Shown: in pieces, positions 1-10,440 of the stretch
Layout of the letters: each line of letters opens with the position of its first letter
Position numbering within the stretch: position 1 is the stretch's first letter
From: a virus
Lineage: Duplodnaviria > Caudoviricetes
Strand: one strand, 5' to 3'
Length of the DNA: 64,000 nucleotides
Virus record (IMG/VR): IMGVR_UViG_3300034039_000011
Span: 153-64,152 of that record
Program-made: the position numbers and the translations under genes
Notes under the pieces: generated by a model
Database searches by the model: none
Seen by the model: the letters and a program-made list of their open reading frames with translations, nothing else
Told to the model about the DNA's origin: nothing

Positions 1-3000
1 ATTTTATATAATACAGAATGTGTTGAAGTATGTGGAGATAGCAATGAAGTAAATGATACAACATCTACTGATGTATCTGGCAATTATAACACTGTTAATT
101 ACACAAATAATTCCACAATATCAGGATATGGCAATGAATCCACATCTAATACATACACAACAATAGGTGGATATAGTAATAATGTTTCTGATAGTGATAA
201 CACTTCTGTTATTGGAGATAGTAATACTGTTGATAGTGGAAATAATGTTAATGTTAATGGGGATGATAACAATGTAACTGATGGTACAAATACTACCGTA
301 AATGGAAATGATAACACAACTACATTAACAGAAAACACAACAGTTGAAGGTAACTTAAACGAATTATATGATACTGGATGTTTTTATATATGTGGATATA
401 ATAATACCGTTTTAGAATCTTATAAAGGTGAATTAAGGGGGGATGAAAACAATATAAGTGGAACAACATATATTGAATCTCACGGAACAGGAAATACCTC
501 ATTTGATAATTTAAATATTGTTTTAAATGGATATGATAACTCTGGATTTACTTTGACACATGGTGTAGTATATGGTGAAAGGAATAAAATTAGTGGTTCA
601 ACATTTTCAGACATATCTAATGGTTATGACAATAATATAGAAAATTCATCTTTAATTTCCATTATAAATTCTGTTTCTGGTGAAACAATATATTCAAATA
701 ATTCATCAATAATTTCATCAACAGATTCAAAAATATATTCTGCAAACACTTCCATTATTATTGGTGGAAAAAACAGTGAAACTATTGGTGGTAAATTTAA
801 TTTTATTGGTGTTGGTGAATATAATAAAATTGTTAAAGTAAGTGATTATATATCTACTACAGCTATATCAACAGACCCAATATTCTCTTCCATATTAAGT
901 GGACAAAAAAATAAAATATTGAATCCTTACCAATATTATTCTCATTCAGTTATTTGTGGTGGATATGGAAACTTAATAGGCTCATATAAAACATTTTATG
1001 GTGGAAATTATCTTTATTATAATCATTTTTCTACAATTGTTGGTGGTAGATATAATACAATTTTAGGACCACATTCATTTATTGGTGGTGGCGCATTTAA
1101 CTCCATAAATTCTCATAGTTGGTATGGTAATATAATAAATGGTGGTCATTATAACTATATTGGTGATAAGTGGTATAGAAATCAAAATAATACAATTAAT
1201 ATAATTGGTGGAGGGCAAAGTAATACAATTACCACATCTGATGTATATATTAGTGGTAATATAATTGGTGGAGGGCAAATTAATAGTATTGGTAAATATC
1301 ACATATATTTTGGAGAAAGTTTATATTATAATTATGATAGTTTTTATGTTAAAAACAATTCAATTTTAGGAGGACGTGCTAATGAAATATTTGGATATTA
1401 TTTACATGATAATATAATAATAGGTGGTAGTAGTAATAAAATAGCATCAATAAATAAGACCAATACTTCTCCATCTTCTAAAAGTGTAATTCGCAATATA
1501 ATATTAAATGGTTCAAGTAGTTCAATAAAATCAATTAACACAAAATATTCAATTATTGGTGGTAATAGCAATGGTATAATTAATGATGTATTTAATAAAG
1601 ATCTTGTAGTACCATTTTCTAAAATTTCTGGTTTTAGAAGAACTGATTCAACAATAGTATTTGGCGAACATAATTTAATATCAAATTCATTATCTTTTGA
1701 TACGATTATTAATGGTTCACACAATAAAATATATTTATCAACTTTTAATATACCAACAATCGAAACAATTAAACGACCAAATAAAGGTTCATTTACATCA
1801 ATATTAGGTGGTAGCTATAATATAATTACATGGGATAAAAACTCATCAAATAAAGAAGTTGTACCAGTAGCTTCAACAATAATAAATGGATTTAATAATA
1901 AAATAAGACATTCATCTTATTCTTTAATTGGTGTAGGTTCAGATAATGTTATTTATACTCAAAATACTTATAATAACATATATAAATCAAACCTAATTTT
2001 GGGTGGATTTAAAAATAAAATATCTAATGCTGGAAATTCACCCACTACACCAAATATTTATTCAAATTCTTATAATTCAATATTAAATGGATTTGGTAAT
2101 ATAATAAAAGTAATTGCCGATCCATTATACACTATGTCTAGATTTAACACCATAAATAACGGATATGGAAATATAATAGAAGAAAGAACAAATTATTCAA
2201 CAATTATAAATGGTAGAAATAATAAAATTAAACATTATAATTCATCTCATTTTAATAACTATACAACAATAATAAATGGATATTATAATACTTTACAGGA
2301 TGGTAGATATACTACTTTATTAAATGGTTATTATAATAAGTCAATACAAGGAGAATATTCAGTATTATTTGGATATAATAACTATTCAAAAGGCTCTTTT
2401 TCTTCTATTGAATTAGGTTCATCAAGTAAAAATTATTATAATTATTCAACTCTAACTATGGTTAGAGAATCTTATGTTAGATATTCACAATACTCATTAT
2501 TATTTGGAAAACATAATAATTTAAATTATCAATATCATACTATAGGTTTTGGTTATAACAATAATACTAATAATAATGATTATTTAATATTTAACTCCTC
2601 AAATTGTAATATTAATTATTCTAATTATTCAATAATCAATTCTGAAAATACACAAATAAATAACACAAACTTTTCAATAATTTCAACATCATCTGGTACA
2701 ATAAATCAAACAACCAACACAATTGGTATTGGTAATACAATAATTAGTGGTAGTTCAATTAATAGTATAATTATTGATGGTTGGACACATGATGTTTTAA
2801 ATTCTATTATTATTAATAGTAAAGGGTTTGGTTCTAATTTAATAAGTGGTAATACTATAATTGGTATTTCTTCTGATTCTTCAACTATAATTGGTAACAA
2901 CATTATTACAATAAATTCACAAAATTCTACCATAGATAGTGATCAATCAATATCTATAAATTCAGAACTTTCTACAATTTCAGGTTCAACAAATTCAACT

Positions 3001-3510
3001 CTTATTGATAGTCCAAATTCACAAATAACATTATCAAACAATTCTTTGATTTTAAATTCAGAAAATTCATCTATTGATAATGTTGAAAATGGTTTAATAA
3101 TAAATTCAAATAATTCAACCCTTACTCATTCAGGTTCTACAATAATCGGTGGTAGTAATATTGTATCAGTAGATTATGATACTGTACATGTTCAAAAATT
3201 AAATATTGGAGAAGTAAGTGCTAGTACAACATCCACAGAACTTCTTGTTAGGGAGAGCAATGGAATGATAAACACAATAAATATTCCAAACATTTCAACA
3301 TCAACAGGAAAATATGTTGCAACTGTATTAATTACTGGTGGGACTCCTGTAACAATAACACATAATCTTAATACTGAAGATGTAATAGTACAATTAAAAG
3401 ATTCTACAGGTAAATTAATAATACCAGATGTTGTTAATAATTATACAAATAACAGTGTTGATATTCAAGTATCAAATACTGATACATATAAAGTAATAAT
3501 AATTGGATAA
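1..3510 (+). CDS. Large repeat-rich fibre/adhesin-like protein (beta-helix/YadA-head-like repeats), 5'-truncated by the window edge
   Basis: Frame +1 is open from base 1 (ILYNTECVEVCGDSNEV...) into the 553..3510 ORF, so the true start lies upstream. It has many S(I/T)I(I/L)(G/N)GxxNxI repeats and a C-terminal ITHNLNTEDVIVQ motif typical of phage structural proteins. Confidence 0.7.
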   Translation: MLYNTECVEVCGDSNEVNDTTSTDVSGNYNTVNYTNNSTISGYGNESTSNTYTTIGGYSNNVSDSDNTSVIGDSNTVDSGNNVNVNGDDNNVTDGTNTTVNGNDNTTTLTENTTVEGNLNELYDTGCFYICGYNNTVLESYKGELRGDENNISGTTYIESHGTGNTSFDNLNIVLNGYDNSGFTLTHGVVYGERNKISGSTFSDISNGYDNNIENSSLISIINSVSGETIYSNNSSIISSTDSKIYSANTSIIIGGKNSETIGGKFNFIGVGEYNKIVKVSDYISTTAISTDPIFSSILSGQKNKILNPYQYYSHSVICGGYGNLIGSYKTFYGGNYLYYNHFSTIVGGRYNTILGPHSFIGGGAFNSINSHSWYGNIINGGHYNYIGDKWYRNQNNTINIIGGGQSNTITTSDVYISGNIIGGGQINSIGKYHIYFGESLYYNYDSFYVKNNSILGGRANEIFGYYLHDNIIIGGSSNKIASINKTNTSPSSKSVIRNIILNGSSSSIKSINTKYSIIGGNSNGIINDVFNKDLVVPFSKISGFRRTDSTIVFGEHNLISNSLSFDTIINGSHNKIYLSTFNIPTIETIKRPNKGSFTSILGGSYNIITWDKNSSNKEVVPVASTIINGFNNKIRHSSYSLIGVGSDNVIYTQNTYNNIYKSNLILGGFKNKISNAGNSPTTPNIYSNSYNSILNGFGNIIKVIADPLYTMSRFNTINNGYGNIIEERTNYSTIINGRNNKIKHYNSSHFNNYTTIINGYYNTLQDGRYTTLLNGYYNKSIQGEYSVLFGYNNYSKGSFSSIELGSSSKNYYNYSTLTMVRESYVRYSQYSLLFGKHNNLNYQYHTIGFGYNNNTNNNDYLIFNSSNCNINYSNYSIINSENTQINNTNFSIISTSSGTINQTTNTIGIGNTIISGSSINSIIIDGWTHDVLNSIIINSKGFGSNLISGNTIIGISSDSSTIIGNNIITINSQNSTIDSDQSISINSELSTISGSTNSTLIDSPNSQITLSNNSLILNSENSSIDNVENGLIINSNNSTLTHSGSTIIGGSNIVSVDYDTVHVQKLNIGEVSASTTSTELLVRESNGMINTINIPNISTSTGKYVATVLITGGTPVTITHNLNTEDVIVQLKDSTGKLIIPDVVNNYTNNSVDIQVSNTDTYKVIIIG

Positions 3511-3521
3511 ATAATAATAAA

Positions 3522-4472
3522 ATGGAAATAAGAGGAAATATACTTTCAGGTAAAGACAATATCATAAGTGGTAGTTCAAATTCAGACATAATTGGTGGAA
3601 TTTATAATGTAATTGATAGTGGGTGTAAATATGTTTCTATATTAGGTGGTATTAGAAATAAAATAAAATCAACAAGTTCATCAATTATAATATCTTCTGA
3701 AAATAGTGAATTTGAAAATGGTGATGGTGTAATAATTAAATCAAATTTTAGCAAAGTATATTATAATTCTAGTAGTGGAATAATTATAGGTGGCGCTTTA
3801 AATATTATTAAAAATTATTCAACAAACAATTTTATAAGTGGTGGTTTTAATAATATAATTAATAATTCAGACTATTCTATTATAATTGGTGGAAAAAATA
3901 ATACAGTAACTGGTAGCACAAATTCTGATATTATTGGAGGATATAATAGTATAATAGATGGAAGTAATATATCTGGAATTGGTTCAGGTGACTTTAACAA
4001 AATCATAAACAGTTCATTTAGTATAATTGCTGGAGGATACAATAATAATATTCATAATAATTCTTTATCATGTTTTATTGGTGGGGGGTATAACAATAAG
4101 ATATATAATAATAGTAGATATTCAACAATAGTTGGTGGTATTGGTAATGTAATATATGGTGGTGGTGGTAATATTGCATCATACAATGTAGTCGGTGGTT
4201 ATTATAATAATGTTTATTATGCAAGACAAAATTTTATTGGTGGGGGTAGATATAATATAATTAAAAACGTTTCATCTACAAGTGTAAACATAACTAGATA
4301 TTCATCAATAGTTGGTGGGGATAAAAATTTAATAGAGCAAAGTGGATATTCATTTATTGGTGGTGGTCATAGTATAACAGTTAATGCTGATGCTAATGGA
4401 GATTTATTAAGTGATTTAACTAATGGTGAGGTTGATTTATATATTTATATTTCACCAATACAAATAATATAA
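3522..4472 (+). CDS. Second fibre-like protein with SxIxGGxxN repeats
   Basis: Tandem FIGGGYNN / SIIIGGKNN repeats of the same type as the upstream gene; short unrelated C-terminus. Confidence 0.65.
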   Translation: MEIRGNILSGKDNIISGSSNSDIIGGIYNVIDSGCKYVSILGGIRNKIKSTSSSIIISSENSEFENGDGVIIKSNFSKVYYNSSSGIIIGGALNIIKNYSTNNFISGGFNNIINNSDYSIIIGGKNNTVTGSTNSDIIGGYNSIIDGSNISGIGSGDFNKIINSSFSIIAGGYNNNIHNNSLSCFIGGGYNNKIYNNSRYSTIVGGIGNVIYGGGGNIASYNVVGGYYNNVYYARQNFIGGGRYNIIKNVSSTSVNITRYSSIVGGDKNLIEQSGYSFIGGGHSITVNADANGDLLSDLTNGEVDLYIYISPIQII

Positions 4473-4536
4473 ATTAAAATATTTATATAATACAATAAAA
4501 TAATCCATAAAAGAATAAAATAAATACTTATAATAT

Positions 4537-5685
4537 ATGAGCGTACCCCAATCAGAAAAAGAAAAATTATTTAGGCAATTTAGACATTCTTTAGGCGCAC
4601 CTTTAAGAAAAATTGAAGTTACCAATGAACAATTGGAAACATTATTAGAGATTGCCATTGAAGATTACACACAATACGTACTTGAATATTTAATTGAACA
4701 TCAATGGCAATCTTTCATTGGTAAAGAGATTGACAATATAGATATGGCGTTTGCATTAACCACAAGAAGTTTTGATTTTATGACTCAATTTACATATGCA
4801 TATTCAAAACAAGTTGGTTTGCAAACAAACGGACCATGGGAACTGAAAAAGGATTTTATTGAAATTGTTCCAGGAAAACAAGTTTATGAAATACCAAAAG
4901 GTCGTGAAATAAATCAAGTATTATGGTTAACCCCACCAACAATGGATCATGCTTTATTTGCATATTATGGTGGTTTTGATTTGGGATTTGGTGGTGGATA
5001 TGCTCAAGTTGGAAGAGGTTGGGGAGCATCAACAACTGGTGGATATGGTTATGCTGGATATGGTGGTTATTATGTTGCCCCAGCATATGACGTTTTATTA
5101 ACCGCAGCAGATTTCAATTTAAAACATAGAATGTTAAGAAGTGAACTTGTATATAAAATAACTGCTGGACCAAACGGAACAAGATTATTGCATTTATTAT
5201 CAACACCAGGTTCTAGATTAACATTTATGAGAGGTGTTGGGGCAAATCAAATTGGATTGGCTGGATGCAAAGTTTGGTATTATTATTATGATATAAATGG
5301 AAAAAGTCCTGATGAATGTAGAAAAGATAATCCTGATGTAATAAAATTACCAAATGAAGTTCCTTTGGGCAAACTTGATTATAGTGAATTTAATGAACCA
5401 ACGAAAATTTTAATACGTAAATTATTTATAGCTGAAGCAAAAAGAACATTAGGAAGAACTCGTGGAAAATTTGGTGGTGTTGTAGGTCCACCCAATGCTC
5501 AATTTACTATGGATTATGAAAGTTTAATACAAGAAGGTAATGCAGAAAGGGAAGAAGTATTAAAAAGATTGGATGAGTGGTTGTCAAGATTAAGTACTGA
5601 AAAAATGTTGGAGAGAGCTGCCAATGAAAGTGAAAATCTTAATAAACATCTTAAATATAGACCATTAGGTTTTTATGTATATTAA
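4537..5685 (+). CDS. Neck / head-tail adaptor protein (T4 gp13-like)
   Basis: N-terminal RHSLGAPLRKIEVTNEQL..IAIEDY and C-terminal AKRTLGRTRGKFGG...LIQEGNAE...PLGFYV match the gp13-like pattern. Confidence 0.75.
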   Translation: MSVPQSEKEKLFRQFRHSLGAPLRKIEVTNEQLETLLEIAIEDYTQYVLEYLIEHQWQSFIGKEIDNIDMAFALTTRSFDFMTQFTYAYSKQVGLQTNGPWELKKDFIEIVPGKQVYEIPKGREINQVLWLTPPTMDHALFAYYGGFDLGFGGGYAQVGRGWGASTTGGYGYAGYGGYYVAPAYDVLLTAADFNLKHRMLRSELVYKITAGPNGTRLLHLLSTPGSRLTFMRGVGANQIGLAGCKVWYYYYDINGKSPDECRKDNPDVIKLPNEVPLGKLDYSEFNEPTKILIRKLFIAEAKRTLGRTRGKFGGVVGPPNAQFTMDYESLIQEGNAEREEVLKRLDEWLSRLSTEKMLERAANESENLNKHLKYRPLGFYVY

Positions 5686-5692
5686 GATTTGT

Positions 5693-8600
5693 TTAAACTT
5701 CATTATCTTTTAAACAATAACAAGTTTTTCCATCATAACCACAATTTTCATTCCCACAATTTATGTTATCATTTCCTTCAAGAAATACATCTTTACCCAA
5801 TTTTGACATTTCTTGAAACCATATATCAAATTTATTATTATTGTTTAAAGAAAATTTAACCCAATTATTTTTATACCATCCTTTTCTAAATAATGCGGTT
5901 TTTTTGTATTTAAAAATACTTTTTAATGGTGCTATTTTAACGCCCCATTTTTTTGAATAAAAATAATATTCATTATTAAATTCTTTAATATCAAGAAATG
6001 TTAATATTTTTTTTGGCAAATTCCCACTTTTCTTTATTTTAACCAAATCATCATATTCAAGTCTTTTAATAATATTAAATAACATTTCCTTTTCATTTAA
6101 TATTGATTGCTTTTTCTTTTTCTCATTTCTTATTTTCCAATCTTCCACAATTTTATCAAATTCAATTTCATCAATATTATTTGGTATTTTATTAACATTA
6201 ACCCAAAATTCTATTTCATCATCTGACATTTTAAGTAAATCATCTAAATTATCTTGGTCTGATGGTTTTATTGGATAACCTGATACCAATTCACATTCTT
6301 TTTTTGTAAAATATGATCTTTCTTCAAGAAAGAGTTTGCCAGTTTTTCTATCTTTTTTTACTGATATTAAAATATTGTCTCTAATATCTTCATTAAATAC
6401 CACTAACATTCTTTTTATTCTTTTATTTAAAGCATCTATGTATTTGGATACATTATATTTTATTTTTTTTGAATTTCCATTTTCCAAATCTTTTTCATCA
6501 ATATACACACAATTTAATATTATATCTTCAATTTCACCATTTTTATTTTTTTTAACGGTTACATCTCCTGCATTTTTGTTATCACTTGTATTCACGTAAT
6601 ACACAGTATCGCCCAAATCCTTTTTTATCTTATGTTTTATTAACAATTCCATGTGGGCTTGTCTTGATTTAAGTATTCCTGTTTTTGTTCTTTCTTTTGT
6701 ATATATGTTAATATAATCTTCTACTGTTTGCTTAACACGTTTTTTTGTTGCAATTTCTGAAATTGGAATTTCCATGTTAAATATTTTTTCCACATAATCA
6801 TAATAATATTCTATAAATTCATATCCTTTTCCATCAAGCAGTAAGGAAATTCCATTTTTAATAAAATTTTCTATATATGTGGGTATTGTTTTTGAACTAA
6901 ATGTATTTCCGACAATTGTTATATCATCTCCTTTTTTATATGCATAATTTTTTCTTGCAAAGTTAATTGTTGAATCAATATATTCATCAATATCAAGTCC
7001 CAATCTTCCAATCATATATTTTTCATTAAATTCGCATAACACGGCTTCAATTCCATTAACCACCGTATTTGGGGGATATTTTTTGGTTTTCCAATGCGAA
7101 CCCTTCACCACATATTTATATTCATCAATATTTTCGGGTATTTTAAAATTAAAACCATCCGTGTTATGAGCAACTATATTTCCAATCCCAGCAATAAACG
7201 TTCCATCCGCTGATATATCATATACATAATCATCATAAGAATCTTTTATTTCAATATTAACAACATAATCTTCTAATATATTATTCTCTTCATTATCAAT
7301 TTTATTCCTTTTATATATTTTAAGAACAAAATTTTCATTATCTGAATCAAAAATAACATCAACATCATATCCTACATCTCTTAACAATAAATTTAATGCA
7401 CATATTAATTGATATGATTTATGGGAAATTTCATTTATATTATCAATTGAATCCGAACCATTATATCCTTTGGCAAATCCTTCCAAAAATATTTTTTTTG
7501 TATTAATATCAGAATTTAATATTGCTTCTGATATTTTTTCAATTTTAAAATCTCCAATTCCGATAAAATATCCATTTAAACGAGCAAATGATTCCATTAC
7601 TTTTATTCCATTCTTTGGCAAATCAAAATTTATGGTGTCTATTTTATCACCATAACTTAAATTGGTTGGTTTTATTTCAATATTATTTGAAAATAATGAA
7701 TGGTCTGATGTGCATTCAATAAATCCGTGTTTGGTATTTATTCGATATATCTTTTTATTTGTTTTATGTCTGTATATATATTTTATATCTTTCCAACCAT
7801 TTTTTGTTAAAATTTGATAATTTTTTGGTGAAAAATCTCTTTGTTGTCCGTTTATATCAATATAATCATCATTAAACAATTCTTTTATTGGCAATATATT
7901 AACCATCATTGTATCCTTATATCTTATGTATACTGGTGTTTCTCCAGTAACGGAATCTCCAACCAATGGTTCAAATCCTTTTGACATCATATATTTAACC
8001 ATCAGTCTTAATAATTGCCTTCCCCTACAAGTTGTTTCTTCTGCTGCTTTTATGTCCCCCCAGGGAAATATATATGGCGCACCGAATGAACCAAAGAATG
8101 AGTTTGCCAAAATCTTTATCGGCATTTCTTCTTTTGATATTTCTTGTATTTTTTTTAATACCTTTTCTTTATCATCAAATTCATTCAATCTTGATTTTAA
8201 ATCTTCTTTTAAAAATTTAAGTTCATCACGTTCATCAACCACATATTCCAAAAACATAATCATTGCATTCGTAAAATCATATTCGCTCTTTATGTTATAT
8301 GTTATTTCGGTTTTTGGATATAGTGCGGCATAATCAAATTTAACAACATTTCTTTCAAAACCAACTTTTAATAATCTTGATAATCCGCCGACAAATGATT
8401 TTTTTTCACCAAAATCGGGTATTGCAAGATTGTTATAATATGACCATGATGTCATTATCAATTTCCAAATGGCTGCCGTTCCAGATGTGGTTGCCGTTTG
8501 GAATGTTGTTGGAATTATTTTGGATATGTGATAACTTGCCTTATTATATATGTTATCAACCTCCATTGTTTCCCATAAGTCATCAATCAAATATCTGTTA

Positions 8601-9841
8601 ACAATATATTCCCCATTAACTTCCTTATATTTTCCAGAATTTATTTTGTTAATATGTTCTTCATTATTTTCATCATATTCAAACCAATCGCCATTTTCAT
8701 TATTAAAATAAAATTTATTTCTTGAATATAATATTTTGTTTATTTTATCACCTTTAATATAAACACGATTTTCCTTATTTATTTTTGAATATTTTGTAAT
8801 ATATTTAAGATTATTTTTCTTAATTTTTCTATCAATGCTTTGCGCCCGTCTTACCGCATGAATGGTATCAATTATTGAATATCCGAACAATATGGTTTTT
8901 TCATATCTTTCAACCTCTTCACCTATTTTAAGATATGATGGTTTTCTTATTAATGTTGTCCCCTTCTTTAATCCCGATACATATTTTGTCAAATCAAAAC
9001 CCAAATGTTTTGATCTTTCAATCATAAAATAAAAATCGAAGTTTTCGCTATTGTATCCTGCGATTATTGATGGTTTTATTTCTGAAATATATTTGAAAAA
9101 TTTAACGATTGCAATTGCTTCTGATTTATATAATTCATCATTTATTATTTTTCTTTCCTCATCCGTTGGTTCTCTTTTTTCTTCAAAATATATTTTATGG
9201 TATGTTTTGCTTTTTACGGTTATTACTTTTTTAACCCCACGATTATCATACATACCGATTTTTGTTATTCTATGTTTTTCTGGATTTAATCCTTCCGTTT
9301 CAATATCGAATACCAATTTATGAACATCTTCATAATCATTAAATCCTTTGAACAACCTAATTCCTTTTTGCAACATAAATTGTTCTGTGGGGTGCAAATA
9401 ATAGAATTTGTTTTTATTTTCTTTTTTATATATGCTTACACCACCTTCTGAAAAAAATGATATTATATCATTAAATGAATTTGTTGTATGGATAATATAT
9501 TTATATGAATTTAATAATCTTTCTGGAACTTTTTCATCAGGTGTATCATCATTTTTATATTTTAATTTTCTTACCTTTAATCCATATTTTTTTAAAGCCT
9601 TTTTTATTTTTATATTATTCCCACCATATAATTCTCTAAACACATCTTCTTTAACCCACATAAAGGGTTTAAACCTTTGCTTTTTTATCAATTTACCATG
9701 TTCGGGATGATCAATAATCAGATAAGCAATGTTTGAATAATAATCACATTCAATATTTGTTACATATTTTTCATCACTTAAACCTTCAAGAAATTTTTTT
9801 ACAATTTCATTTTTATTTTCTAATGTTATAGTTTTGCTCAT
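5693..9841 (-). CDS. polB: Family B DNA polymerase with intein
   Basis: Exonuclease motifs FDIET and GYNSENFD; polymerase motifs DYAALYP and KILANSFFG; motif C GD|TDG is split by an intein; RKNYA. Confidence 0.95.
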   Translation of the reverse strand: MSKTITLENKNEIVKKFLEGLSDEKYVTNIECDYYSNIAYLIIDHPEHGKLIKKQRFKPFMWVKEDVFRELYGGNNIKIKKALKKYGLKVRKLKYKNDDTPDEKVPERLLNSYKYIIHTTNSFNDIISFFSEGGVSIYKKENKNKFYYLHPTEQFMLQKGIRLFKGFNDYEDVHKLVFDIETEGLNPEKHRITKIGMYDNRGVKKVITVKSKTYHKIYFEEKREPTDEERKIINDELYKSEAIAIVKFFKYISEIKPSIIAGYNSENFDFYFMIERSKHLGFDLTKYVSGLKKGTTLIRKPSYLKIGEEVERYEKTILFGYSIIDTIHAVRRAQSIDRKIKKNNLKYITKYSKINKENRVYIKGDKINKILYSRNKFYFNNENGDWFEYDENNEEHINKINSGKYKEVNGEYIVNRYLIDDLWETMEVDNIYNKASYHISKIIPTTFQTATTSGTAAIWKLIMTSWSYYNNLAIPDFGEKKSFVGGLSRLLKVGFERNVVKFDYAALYPKTEITYNIKSEYDFTNAMIMFLEYVVDERDELKFLKEDLKSRLNEFDDKEKVLKKIQEISKEEMPIKILANSFFGSFGAPYIFPWGDIKAAEETTCRGRQLLRLMVKYMMSKGFEPLVGDSVTGETPVYIRYKDTMMVNILPIKELFNDDYIDINGQQRDFSPKNYQILTKNGWKDIKYIYRHKTNKKIYRINTKHGFIECTSDHSLFSNNIEIKPTNLSYGDKIDTINFDLPKNGIKVMESFARLNGYFIGIGDFKIEKISEAILNSDINTKKIFLEGFAKGYNGSDSIDNINEISHKSYQLICALNLLLRDVGYDVDVIFDSDNENFVLKIYKRNKIDNEENNILEDYVVNIEIKDSYDDYVYDISADGTFIAGIGNIVAHNTDGFNFKIPENIDEYKYVVKGSHWKTKKYPPNTVVNGIEAVLCEFNEKYMIGRLGLDIDEYIDSTINFARKNYAYKKGDDITIVGNTFSSKTIPTYIENFIKNGISLLLDGKGYEFIEYYYDYVEKIFNMEIPISEIATKKRVKQTVEDYINIYTKERTKTGILKSRQAHMELLIKHKIKKDLGDTVYYVNTSDNKNAGDVTVKKNKNGEIEDIILNCVYIDEKDLENGNSKKIKYNVSKYIDALNKRIKRMLVVFNEDIRDNILISVKKDRKTGKLFLEERSYFTKKECELVSGYPIKPSDQDNLDDLLKMSDDEIEFWVNVNKIPNNIDEIEFDKIVEDWKIRNEKKKKQSILNEKEMLFNIIKRLEYDDLVKIKKSGNLPKKILTFLDIKEFNNEYYFYSKKWGVKIAPLKSIFKYKKTALFRKGWYKNNWVKFSLNNNNKFDIWFQEMSKLGKDVFLEGNDNINCGNENCGYDGKTCYCLKDNEV
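7163..7954 (-). mobile_element. Intein (264 aa, Ser1) in PolB motif C with degenerate LAGLIDADG remnant
   Basis: VGD|SVTGETPV...CTSDHSLF...YVYDISADGTFIAGIGNIVAHN|TDG; removing it restores GDTDG. Confidence 0.92.
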
Positions 9842-9950
9842 ACCATAATTAAATTATGTGTAACAAAAATATAAAAAAAATTAACACAATTAAGTTTAAT
9901 CGAAAAAAAATATAAAGAATTTTAGATTAACTAAATGAGAGGTAATAAAA

Positions 9951-10304
9951 TTATATAATATGTATATACAATATATCTTTTATTGGGACAATTAATTTAT
10001 TTCCATCAGAAAATTTTATTATAAATTCTCCAATATATCTTCCAGGTTTTGAAGTGTCTTTTTCACTAAAGGTATAACCAATATAAAATTCTTCATCCAA
10101 TGAATCCGATTGTTTAATTTTTTGAAACAATTCACCACGTTTCATTCCCAAAACCTTTTTTCCAGTTTGGGCATCATACATATTAAAAAATATATCAGAA
10201 TTTTGAATGTCATAATATAATTTTCTGAAATCATTTCTTCCATCATTGACAAGTTCCAATTTGAGTATTGGCAATGTAGATTTTTGTTTTATATAAAAAT
10301 CCAT
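9951..10304 (-). CDS. BppU-N/baseplate-upper-like small structural protein
   Basis: MDFYIKQKSTLPILKLEL...YTFSEKDTSKPGRYIGEFIIKF..P pattern. Confidence 0.55.
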   Translation of the reverse strand: MDFYIKQKSTLPILKLELVNDGRNDFRKLYYDIQNSDIFFNMYDAQTGKKVLGMKRGELFQKIKQSDSLDEEFYIGYTFSEKDTSKPGRYIGEFIIKFSDGNKLIVPIKDILYIHII

Positions 10305-10351
10305 TTTATATTTTATTTTAATATTTTATCCTCAATTATTAAATACCTTAA

Positions 10352-10387
10352 AAATTAAAATCCCACCAATTGGCGGGATTTTAATTT
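10352..10387 (-). terminator. Intrinsic terminator (possibly bidirectional)
   Basis: Hairpin AAATTAAAATCCCACC-AATT-GGCGGGATTTTAATTT downstream of the sulfotransferase. Confidence 0.7.
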
Positions 10388-10440
10388 GTTTAAATTTTAG
10401 TATAACTTCCCAATTTCAGTTGGGTTGATAAATATCTTTC

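Noticed and set aside
553-555. TTG start of the 985-aa ORF
   Set aside because: The frame is open back to base 1 with the same repeat character, so the real start is upstream of the window.
1201-1279. 19-bp direct repeat ATAATTGGTGGAGGGCAAA
   Set aside because: Explained by duplication of the IIGGGQ protein repeat within the fibre gene.
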